Positions 47,144 to 58,800 of a DNA stretch of 64,000 nucleotides are shown piece by piece. The stretch spans positions 62,001-126,000 of the forward strand of contig JAQGDQ010000204.1 of the NCBI GenBank assembly GCA_030141605.1, read 5' to 3'. The position numbers and the translations under genes are program-made. Below the pieces are notes generated by a model. It did not search any database and was not told the origin of the DNA. It saw only the letters and a list, made by a program, of their open reading frames with translations. The DNA comes from Tubiluchus corallicola (taxonomy: Eukaryota; Animalia; Priapulida). Each line of letters starts with the position of its first letter. The first letter of the stretch is position 1.

Positions 47144-48238
47144 TCATTTCGAAGCTTCATTGTCACTGTCTAAAGCATCATCATCATAATCATCTTCGTA
47201 ACTGCTATCTTCTATATCATCATTTTCAACTGCCCAACTATCAAATTCTATTTCATAGTTGTCACCAGCTAATGTTTGTTTAGCAGTTTTTCCTGCAAGC
47301 TGCTGTATAACTTCCTGATCTGGATTGAAAGTCTTTGCCTCCTTTCGCCAATATTCTTTAAGGCTGCGTTTTCGAAGAAACGTTTTCACTGTTTTTTGGT
47401 CAATTTGTAGTTTTTCATTTGGAGGTGGCTCATTTAATGGTCTTTGTGATAAGTTTGCCTTTCTTAACATTAGCTTGCCCATCATGGCACTGTGGTCTAA
47501 ACCATAAACATCTGACTTGAGGTGCAATGAATCAGTTTGTGATTGTACATTTGTTGACTCTATAAGATTTCCCAAGATAATGTCTGTACGAAATACATCA
47601 GATGCTCTTCTTTCAGAAGGTACATAGTCTGGGCCATAGTCTGCCTTATCAAGAATTTTGGATATTTCTGTATATCTCAATTGCGACAAATCTTTCACAA
47701 ACCTTATAGGTGGGCAATTACCAATTACACGTAATTGAATCAGCTCGTGGCGCAGTTTATATGACAAATCTGGCAAAACTGCTTCAATATCAGCATCCTT
47801 CTCAGTTCCTGAACCAATCCAATAAACATCAACACGATTATTGTCAGGTGCCACTTTCACACGGCTTATTTCGAAATTTTTATTCTTTAGATGTTGAATA
47901 CACGCTCCACTTGAGAGCACATCAGCGATATTTTCTGTCAAAATAACGCCTATTACTTTCTGTCGCCGAGTTTCTCCAGCATCTGGCGGTCGTTTTGTCT
48001 CGAATACAAGGTTTGAATTAGTTTGCGACGACGGAGATTTAATATACCACTTTTTCCGACGTTGTGTTAGCATTTTTTGCAGCATTTTCTCCGCTTTTAC
48101 ATGTAGCGGCTTAGTTGGTTTACCACAATTGCAGACTGAAATGTGTATATTTCGTCCACGTAAATCAGGTAGCAAAAGTAACAGGGCTTTCCGATAATTA
48201 GCAAACACACAATTCATTGCTTCCACGGACGCTGACAT
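47144..48238 (-). CDS. RBFA: mitochondrial ribosome-binding factor A, single-exon CDS, 364 aa
   Basis: Uninterrupted ORF; first ATG at 48238 in caaaaacATG context (the ORF track starts at an upstream TTG). RbfA core: RRQKVIGVILTENIADVL...EISRVKVAPD...VYW...LRHELIQLRVIGNCPPIRFVKD...LDKADYGPDY, plus VYGLDH motif and acidic tail as in metazoan mt-RbfA; basic N-terminus compatible with a presequence. Confidence 0.9.
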   Translation of the reverse strand: MSASVEAMNCVFANYRKALLLLLPDLRGRNIHISVCNCGKPTKPLHVKAEKMLQKMLTQRRKKWYIKSPSSQTNSNLVFETKRPPDAGETRRQKVIGVILTENIADVLSSGACIQHLKNKNFEISRVKVAPDNNRVDVYWIGSGTEKDADIEAVLPDLSYKLRHELIQLRVIGNCPPIRFVKDLSQLRYTEISKILDKADYGPDYVPSERRASDVFRTDIILGNLIESTNVQSQTDSLHLKSDVYGLDHSAMMGKLMLRKANLSQRPLNEPPPNEKLQIDQKTVKTFLRKRSLKEYWRKEAKTFNPDQEVIQQLAGKTAKQTLAGDNYEIEFDSWAVENDDIEDSSYEDDYDDDALDSDNEASK

Positions 48239-48261
48239 GTTTTTGAGGTGCAAAAACGGTG

Positions 48262-48300
48262 ATCTGATCGATCTTCCTCTTGTACAAAATTTCGCGCATT
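48262..48300 (-). promoter_or_regulatory. candidate RBFA proximal promoter motifs
   Basis: TTTCGCGC (E2F consensus) at 48290-48297 and GATCGATC palindrome at about 48266, 30-60 nt upstream of the ATG; motif match only. Confidence 0.3.
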
Positions 48301-49723
48301 TTTAAAGACCCCTTTAGTCCATCAACTTTGTAGGTGACGAAAATGGTCACTGTCAATTGTGTCCGAAAATTGAATTCTGAGAAAATTTACATTTTGATAA
48401 TTCGTTTATAAGATACACACAGCTTGGTCACACACAACTGATTATAGATATGGCTGTGAAAATAATTATAATGTTTATAAATCAGCAACTTGAATGTTTA
48501 TTATATAATTCCCACTTCTTAATACTATTAGTCTCATATAGGGGTGTGAAATTTAGCTACATATTTCGGATGTGTGCACATTTCCCTCTGCTTAGAAAAA
48601 GGACCACTGGAAATTAACAATGTTTTACATTTTAACTGAAACTTCTAGTTTGCCACTGAATACTTTTAAGTATTAGCTATTACGTTTTACAAAATCCTCA
48701 TGATTGCATTAAGCACAATTTTTTTCGCAATTCATTATTTCTTTTTCATGCTCAATTTACTCATTCACGGATCAACTCAGACGCAGTTGTTCACTTAATC
48801 ACTTACAACAAATCTCGCACAATTATGCCTTCAACAAAATCAGCAATAAAAAAGTCCAAAAAACAAAACTTAATTATACAGCAGCATATTAGCTATATTT
48901 TTACAGTTAAACATTATAAACATTATTACAAGACAGTACCAAGGTTTTATGGCATCAACTAACACGATTTTGACGAAAAATTCATAGCCTCGTTAAAAGC
49001 ATAATTTAATTACAAATACTTTTAATAGCACAGAGTGAAAACAGTAAGAGGTTTAAAGCATATTTAAACAATGACAAGACATTCGAAAGCATTGTACAAA
49101 TGATACAGTTGCAAATACAAATTTACATTAATGTGAAGTAATCAGGTACATTTTCGCTTTGAGGAAACTGCGACTAAGATAAACTCAGTCAATGTATTCA
49201 TCTATGACAGTTTATCATGTATTGTTTATAACTGTCAGCTCAAGCATTAATTTTTTCTAGAATTCAGAATTTTGCGAGTTGGAATCCAGCATTCAATGGG
49301 AAGTTGCTCATGGTGAGGTGGTCATGGCAAGACTAGGGCCTGACTCACTCATTATCAAGGTTATGCTTTTAAGACGAGCAACTGAACTTGCAGAGACTTT
49401 TCAGTCAATTCAGATATATCCATGAACACAACATACATCCACCTCTATAAAGTCAGCAGCCTGAATTGGTATGGCAAATGAAGCCGCCCAGAGCGAGAAT
49501 CCAAGTGGTTTATTCATCCAGTCATTGACCGGCCTCAGTAAAATTATTAGCTTCGGTCACCAGGCATGTATCACCGAGATCAATGGGTCATGCATCTCAC
49601 CTGATAATTACAAACATTTTCTAAAATTTCGTCAAAGTGTTCCTCGAGTTGTAATTCTCATAATTTCAAACACAGCTTAAGTAACTTTGATAAACGTTGA
49701 GCCACAACTTATGGAGTCCTTGG

Positions 49724-49816
49724 TTAGGAAATGCTTGAGAATTCTTGTAGTACCCTTTCTTGAGATATGTCTGTATGTGATATGTGTTGTCTTACGTCAA
49801 CAATTACAGAGCGAAC
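49724..49816 (-). CDS. ARMH3: ARMH3 last coding exon
   Basis: [30 protein letters not shown]. Confidence 0.93.
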   Translation of the reverse strand, partial: VRSVIVDVRQHISHTDISQERVLQEFSSIS

Positions 49817-52800
49817 CTAAAACAGATTAGACCAAAAAGAATCAATTAACTGATTATTACTCATCATTATTAATTGGTATCATTATTATGATCATACCAT
49901 CACTATTAAAATCATTTTCAATGTCGACATTGTCAGTACAGTCGAACTTCGTTATGCCGCCCCGCCCCCCATTTTAACGCCATAACGCCAACTTTTGCCC
50001 TATTCCGATTTCCATAGTATATTAAATATAGGGAATATACTTAAAATCGTCTGCTAAAGTATCTGCTGTGCTAAAATAAATCTACCCTGTTATAACGCAG
50101 CTAAGATAAAGTGCAATGAATTGTAGGTGAAAAACAGCCATTGTACTGTACAAAAACAGTCACTTGTAAAACAATAACTCTGAACAGAAAAATAATTATG
50201 GTTTTTAAATTAAGATTTAGGTCTTGTTGCAACTGACTGTATGAAAGTGAAAGCTGAGGTTCTGAAAAAGTAGCACACATTTTTATAGTACAAGAGTTGC
50301 ATAGCTATAGATCAGTGCTGAACTTATGTGAATTTAATGAACTGATGTGAAAGCTGTTTGACTTGAGGTCAAGTTATATGCGGTGGCTTTTTATAGTCTT
50401 AATTATCCAGTAATGTTACATTGGGAGCATGGTGGGCCGCGTGGCTACATATATCAGCAGTAGGCTAATTAACCAGTATTTCACAAGACTGCTTCTCCAC
50501 GTTGTGTTACCAAAAAGTTTTGCAATGTACCACTGCACCTGCATTGTTAATGCAGCAAAAATGTATAATATAACACGTGTATTGTTGTAGGTATTGTAAT
50601 ATTATACAATTTATCACATATTAAAATTAACTGAGAAACAAAGTAAAATTACACAGTAGAATGGCTTTGATACTTAATGAACCTCACCTTAGTGCCAGCC
50701 CCGCTATAGTGCCATATTTAGTGGTGTACCAGACCTGACGTTACAAAGAGGTTGGACTGTAATAGTAACATTTAAATAGCTGCTGTAATCTGACACATTT
50801 TTTTAAATATTGATAAATAATAGTCAACACTTTTTAATGGCAGTTTTAAGTTTGCTAAACAAAGGGCCTTGTAATACAGTGAACGTTAGTAAGTAGGCAT
50901 TTGCTGATGGCATGCAGTTGTGGTTTATACTCGGTTAAGCATGTATACAATTTGTCTTGATTTTTGTTTTACTGTAAAGTTACGTTTACCATTTACAGAT
51001 GCCTGGAATTACATAGGTTACCGGGTACCCAGATGCGTATGGACACCTGTAAATTATCTGTTGAATAAATTATACAAAGGTTTAAAGAGACATGTAGAAT
51101 GGAATATGTACTGTTTAAACATTTGCTAATGCATGTCATGGTAACTGTGCTTTGAAGAAGATGACAACATTGCCATCTAAACGCCAGTTGGACTTATCTA
51201 AACAACAAAAAAGTGGCATCAACATTGTGGCAAAAGAGTGCTAGACTTTTGGCATTTTCTACTTGTACACTACGTATTCCGTATATGAATTTTAGCCAGA
51301 GTTCCCTACATAATAGCCAGGTATTATTACTTCTTGAATGAATTTTGGAGAGCTTTTGCAAACAGTAGTATTCCGTTGCCAAGCAACAAGTGTTACATGA
51401 TTTTTTTCGCAGGCTATTGCAGAGAAATCTCTACAAGGAGTGATTGGTTTTTCGCAGCTGCCGGGCCCAATGTGCAATAACACAGGCCTGTTAAATGGGT
51501 GCATTAAAAACAATGCGAAGTGATTTTTACCTAAAAGATAAATCACATAGGCAGTAATGCATATACAATTCCAGACATCTGTTAAATGCGGCTTAACATG
51601 TTTGATATCGGTATTTTGCTGCTGTTTCTTTTTTAGGGTTTAGCCAAGCAGTGTGGCGACAACTGCTAGACTTCTACACCTCAAATACCCTAAATACCAT
51701 GTGCCAGGCAGGGTAACAGCAGGTACCATTTTCATAGTCTCTGGTATGACCCAGCCGCAGTATCGAACTCATGACCTCCCAGATGGAAAGCTGACACATT
51801 ACTACTAAACTATACCGTTTTGTCTGTTTAAGAGATTGGCTGCATGTTATACTGTGTTTCCTTTACCAGCAATGGTCGCTGGCTCTTGAAAGAAAGTTGG
51901 ATCAGTTAGCCGCCATGCAAAAAAGTTTTTAACAGAATGACATGTGAACAACAGCACCAACAGAATGTAGAAGTTTCCTAGCAGATGTGCATAGCAATTC
52001 GAACAGAGCTTTTCTATAATTTAGGCCAAAAATTTAGGAATAAAAAGGAATAAACAAAACAGTTATAAAGATTGATAATAGTAACTTACTAATTGAGTAA
52101 AATAATTGGCTTCAGTAGGCTTTTCAGTGTATCGCTCGTACACATCTAAGCTATCCTGCAACTTCAGTGTCAATGTATCATAGTTACTTCTAACAACTTC
52201 TAGAACCTAAAAAATGAAAATGCATGTTAACCAACAAAATTCAACACCTTGTACAATTTTGTGAGCTACGATTGCAGCACTAAGACCAAACCAATTATTC
52301 CAATATTGTGCAACTTAGCTTAATGGCTCGTTATCATTCTAATTTCTACCCAACATAATTAATATTAACATTGTAAATGCTTGGATTTGTGTGGTGGCTG
52401 TGATCTCATATACAAATGCCACCAGTGTTGAGTAATCTTTGCAGAAACTCAAAAATATGCAGATGCAATTAGCCAAAAAAAGTTCACGACTGCAAATGAA
52501 TAAATCAATCAAAAACATAATCAATAATTTCACCTGTTCTTCCGTTAACGAGTTTAGGTGATTAACTGCTGCCCAGGAGTCAATTTTTGGTGCAAAATGG
52601 TTGGCTATTGCTCTGATATTTACGATATTGTTAGTAAGTTTTGTTGCAATCTCTTTATATTCACCCTCAGTTGAAGTGTAACGAAGAGCTGAAAAAATGG
52701 CAGTTGCTCATTATCCTTCTTGTTATTTTCAATAACAATTTTAGAGAGTATTAAGACTTATAGGCAGGCCATTCTAAAAAAAATTTATAATTAAAAAAAA

Positions 52801-55800
52801 AAAATGTTTTTCTTAATTATTAGTGTCCTTATTGCTATATTCTGCTATATTCATCAACAAATTTTTTTTTGCATTTCATTTCTTTTGAAGTAATAATATT
52901 TTTTACTGCGAAATCTCTGAGAATAAAGCATATGTGAATTATATGGTGTTCTTGATTAAATTTTGTACATCTATAAGTACAAGGCAAGTAAGTTCTGCTT
53001 ACAGTTTAGAGTTTAGAAGTCCAAAATTGCAGTGCAACAGCAATTGGCTAGCAAACAAAAACAAGAAACTATTTGCTTACCCATGGAATACAAGTTGTCA
53101 AACACCTGATGCATGCGAACAATTTCATAATACAGTTCATCATAACTATTTGGACTTGGAAGAAACGTGTCACCAAATGTGATGAATAAGTTGAATATGT
53201 TTACAACCTGAAAATTAGATCAATTACCAAACAAGAAAAATAAGTTTATGCCAAACTAAACAAAAGTGAGTCATAGATTACATTTACTGGAAAGTTTCTA
53301 GACATTTAACCTAGCAGTGCGGTTAAGTGCCTAAAAGTGCAAGATAAAATCCATATGAAAGAAATGGGTAGCAGAAAGATGCCCAGTTTTAATTTCTCGA
53401 CAGTTCGAAAATCGGACTATCGGTATGATCACTTATTGCAAACAAATTTGTAAATATGGTAAATCGTAATGGCAAATATTGTTTTTTGAAAGTTTTAATA
53501 CAAAATAAGATGTCAAAATGGTAAAGGATAAGTAATAAACATGTTTTGCCTACAAAATCCAAAGTCATAAATATAAGAACAACGTACAAATCTTTTATAT
53601 CTAACAGCATTATGACTAGGGTAGTCAAGAAACATGCAAGGTTCGAGATGCTAAACTTTTCTTTTTTCTTTTTAAGGCATTTGTCTTTTCTTATTATTAT
53701 TTTGTAAAAACAATTATAGATAAGTTTGACAAAAGTTTTTTCAAAGCCTGCTAGGTCTTTTTAGTTAGTAGGAAAACTAATTTGATAGCAGATGAAAATT
53801 GATAACTCACCTGAAGCATTAACTGGAATATGTTATACTGTGGCAGTAGAATAGATTCATGTGTAAGTAAAAATTTAAGAAGGCTTATCAATCCTGTCAA
53901 AAAGATAGAAGACTTTATTAAAAGATTAAAAGTAACACATTAATTCATTGATCAGTAAACAGACTGATTTGCTGACTGACTGATTAGATGTTGGTAATTT
54001 CTGCAGCTAGACAAAAGCAAAACCAGTGGAAGCGGTTATGCATAAAACACTTTTTAAAGCAATTTACAGTTTCCATTAAATAGCAATAAAAAAGCAAAAT
54101 GAAAATTTCAACAAAACCAAAACTTATTTCTAGCACATAACTGTTACTTATTAAATCAACATGCAATTCAAATCATCAAAGATATGCCTTTCAAACAATC
54201 TTTCCGATTTGCAATCTTGGACTTGGTGTCACAGGCACTTTGTGAACAAATTTTGCCAGTATAGAACATGGTCTTAGTCTTGTCCACACTGGTATTGATT
54301 TTTAACTCATTTCAAAACCTGAACCTGACAGTTGCTCCACTTCTGGCAAAGTTCATTTCAGGTATTTAAATTATTTATATTGTTCATCATATAGTACATG
54401 AAGAACTGACTATTTAAGTGGTCTCGAAACATCCAATAAAGGCAATAAAGCTTTTAGTACTGGTCTTGAAATTAGTCTTAAAAAGCCATGGTGTTGATCC
54501 TTGGCTTTGACTACCCTGATTTTGGACACACGTCTAGGTTGTCAGCTCGGTTTATTGCTTTCACCCCATGTTTTTAGTCTAGAAAACTTCTCATTCTTGC
54601 ACATACTAGCTGAAACATAAACTAAGCTTCTTGCTATGTTTGAAAATGATCAAAGGATTTGTGATAATGTGTCCCAATACAAGAAATTTGACTAATATAC
54701 TATGTTACAGATTCAAACTCGTATACCTGTCCACAACTCTTTCCAGGTGTAATGAAGCCGCACACGGCATCGCTTTTGGTAGCACAGGACACGATGAGTG
54801 ATACCTAAACACTTCCTAAGTAAACAAAAAAATATTTAATTTAATTTTAATAAAAACTTACACAAAAGATAAGAATATTTGACAAACACAATACAGAATT
54901 GTTTTAACGATGCCCAAAACCCACATTTAGAACTAGAAATTTATGACAGTAATTATGTAGTCTTTATGACAGCAATTATGTAGCCTTTATAAATTTAACC
55001 AATTAACACATGTAAATACACATTCAGTACAACTTACAGGTAAAGTTCCATAGGAAGGTTTTTCATCATGTGACTCATTATGAATTCTACCATAAGATCA
55101 AGGAAAGCACAAGCTAAAGGTCGCGATGGTGACGTTTTTTCAGAAGTAGTTTTTCGGTGTCTCATCGGCTGAAAATTATAAACATGATACACTCTTAGAG
55201 GGCATTATACAAGATGTTTCAAAAGTCACTAATTTGATTTTCAATTTTGTCTGCAGAAAAATCGATCAATGATGTTCAGTCGTGCGGTAAACTCTAATTT
55301 AGTAGTTGCGATTTTTTTTGGTCGATGTTTAAAGTTTTACACCATTTTTTTTGATACTATGCTGATTCTAAAGGAAAGGTGCAAAATCACAGTAAGAAGG
55401 TTTCTAAGCTGGTGCAATGACAATGCTGATTATTGACAGCTTGATACTATGAAAATTTTCATAAATTGTAGATTCAGTAAACAAATTATCACTTGATTTA
55501 TTTTGTAAGTCTTATCTTAATGAATTTTTAAAAATAATAAAAGACTTTTTTTGAGTACACCCAGTATATTACCTTATTTCATTCTTCACAATTCAGTATA
55601 TTTTTATTATTTAGAACCCTAAAATGGAATGTGAAATTGTAAATTTTAATACAGTAAGTCTTCGCCTAGAGACTCCCCATTTAGCTACATTTTGTTTAAT
55701 GACACTGAACATTTGACACCTTTTTCTCACTTAATGACGATTTTTTTACTTTGGTTATCAACAACGTTTTTACCTAATTTGAAACATTAAAACAGTACTT

Positions 55801-58800
55801 CTTGCACTATTCTGCTCTAAAAGTGCACTAGAAACAAAAAATTGTGCAATAATTTATGTTCTTGATTCCCGAATGACTGCTAAAATTTAATGCTAGTCAT
55901 TTGTATCAAGCGAGATCTATTTGCCTTTTATATGCCTACAAGCACCTGCGTGCAAACTAAGTATTTATGCAAGGAATTTTGCCTAAAACCTTTTGCTATA
56001 GCAACAACACAAAATTGTCTCAGTGCACTGTTTAACCACTGACTACATTGGGCTTCAATGTTAAGGAAAGAGATATCACTAATTCAGTAGAGGTAAGATG
56101 GATAGGTGGTTTCAAGAAATCAACAGGTAGAAATATCAATAAACTCATAAAACTTTTAATTTGTATGAATTAAGAAGCATTGGAATTTATCTCAGTTTTT
56201 TAACATTACTTTCTATGGAAGTCTTGACTTCATTTAACGACATTTCGCTTAACGTCACGTTTTGTTGAAACGCATTAGCATCATTAAGCGAGGACTTACT
56301 GTACTAAACTCTTTTATTAATTGTTCTGTCTCACATTAAATGTATGGGAATTTACTTTCTTGCAATAAGGTTTTCCCAACATGAACAAGAAACGTTCTGC
56401 TTGCTTTTTTAATTAAATATAAGATAACTATTTAAACATGTATTGTCCGTTATTCTACAATACAAAAGACAAACAAGGCAATTGTCACACTCATTTAATA
56501 TCGGAATTATCTTTTCTTACCGCTTTATACAATGAAACACGAAAGTTCATGTTAACATCATGCATCAGTGAATTAGCATACTGGTCCTCGGCTATGCATG
56601 TTAAGATAATGAGGCAGAGCTTTGCATTGGATTGTCGACATTCATCTAACAGCAAAAATGAGAACTATTAATAAAACAAAACTGCACAAGCACCACAATG
56701 CTTTTAATCAAAGTCCAAGAGAATCCTATGCTGATTTTTCATTTTGTCATGATTTTTGTTAGGCATCAAGTTTTAGGTATATTGAATCACCTATCACCAA
56801 GAAACTTGCAGTTGGGGTAGAGGCTCAGACACTTATATTAATAACGTTAATAATATGTGTTATAAGGTTAAAAAGTGGATAGAGCAAAAATGTGAAAATT
56901 AGGACAAAATGCAACTGAGTCAGACAAGAGTAAACCAGATCCAGACACAGTCAAGTGATAAATAGTCACAAAAAACATTCGCATTGGTCAGCCACACATA
57001 AGCGTAAGAATTTACATTTTTGACGCGAGTATTACTGAGTAATCCATGCTGGCCAGGCATAGCAACTGATAAACACTGACTAATTGTTGAATTGGATCTG
57101 AATTCATTCAGTCTTGTTGTTTATACACTTCCTCTTCCAACAATCCCACAAGTTCTTTTATTACAGCTAATTTGTCTGTGATGATATTAATCTTTTTCTT
57201 AATTATATTTTTTCAAGCTCACTTAGGCAAATTAGTTTTGCATTCATACATTTATGCAGAAAAAATAAAATTTGTGGAACATGTACAGTGTTTTAAAATG
57301 AAGAAAAATTGCTTTACCTCTTATATCTTGAAAGACTATTGAGCTGTACTGTAGAAAAATGACAAGCAAATTTGAAGGTTCACTAACACTTGTCGAATCT
57401 AAAGAAAAACATATTAAAACCAGAAGACGTTAAGCTGTTTTAAATTAATAAAATAACAGCACAGCAATTATTTTATTTTTGAAAAAATACCTTTTTGGAA
57501 TAAGCATCTCCACAACTCCTCACACTGAGCTGGCTCGGGCCCACTACGGCCCCATCCTGAATCCTGGGGGCAAGTAATTTTTTTTTCTACACTGGGTTGT
57601 CAATAGGTGACAGCTCACACTAATTCCTCACACTGAACTGACTAGGATACTCTTACTATGTCCACCATAAGTGTGCAACTGTTGTGACCTTGATCATCCT
57701 CTTGTCTCAGAATTATCGCATATCAAAAATCTCAAGGGTACCCCAAGTGATTTTAGTGTAAAAGGCTTAAATTCAAATTGTGAACGGATGTTGGACGGAT
57801 GGCCACTGAATGTTGTGTGATGGCATAAGGTCCTCAGACTAATCCAATCCCATTTTACATAATTATTAAAATATTCCATTAAAATAATAAAACATGTCAT
57901 ATAAGAGCATAATTATGAATGTATTAATGCAAACAATTTAGACTTATATGCATGTATGCTGACGAAGTTTCTAAGAGTCTAAACTTAAAGGAGAAGAAAG
58001 GGGAATTTTAAAGTATGTCCCAAAGAACTTTTCACGCAAGGTGAAAAAAAATCATAATAATTAAAACGTTTATGCCCAAAATGGCACTGCATTGCCACCC
58101 CAATGTGCATCACTGTCTCACTGATTTATCAAAAGCACTTATTGATCTTTTTGACAACATAAAGTAATTTAAACCTTTGTCTAGTTAGGAAAAAGTGTAC
58201 ATAAAGGCTCTGATTATTTTTTTCAAACTTTACGCAATATTATTTAAACTTATTTAAAAAAGCTTGCCATTAAAATGGCTGCATTTAATGGTCATCCTTG
58301 GAGTTTTCTACAGTGTTACTGCTAACACAAGCTCTGCATTTAACACAAAATTTACGACAACTTTTCAAGCTTTATTCAAGAAGTGTTTTAACTTTCTTGC
58401 TATGTATTTCAATTGATAAGGCTTATAAATACTAATTACACAGTTTAATTACATAATGAAAAAGTATTATACCTGCTGTGGGGGGCACCAGAGGTGACAC
58501 TGTTGTTCTAGAAGGACTAGTTTCTGTAGTGTGAGACTGTAACAGATTTCAATTATTAATGACAACATACTGCAGAATCTTAAAAACAAATAAAAAATTC
58601 AAAATAATTATAAAGAAATGATCAAATCAGTTTACAAAAAAAGCAAATATGTGTAAGTTTTTATAGTTATTCTCCAGCCGTTCAGTATACAATCCCTTTG
58701 TATAAAAAGTGAAAACTGTTCATAACGAGGTGGCTAACACGCCACAAATACTTGACAAAGACTATGGTACATAAAGGACAAACCCAAAGCATAAGAGTGC

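Noticed and set aside
48239-48253. TTG start for RBFA given by the ORF track
   Set aside because: Eukaryotic gene; the ATG at 48238 has a good initiation context.
49440-49530. SECIS-like ATGA...AAA in the ARMH3 3' UTR
   Set aside because: No correctly placed 3' GA or helix II pairing, and the visible ARMH3 CDS has no in-frame TGA.
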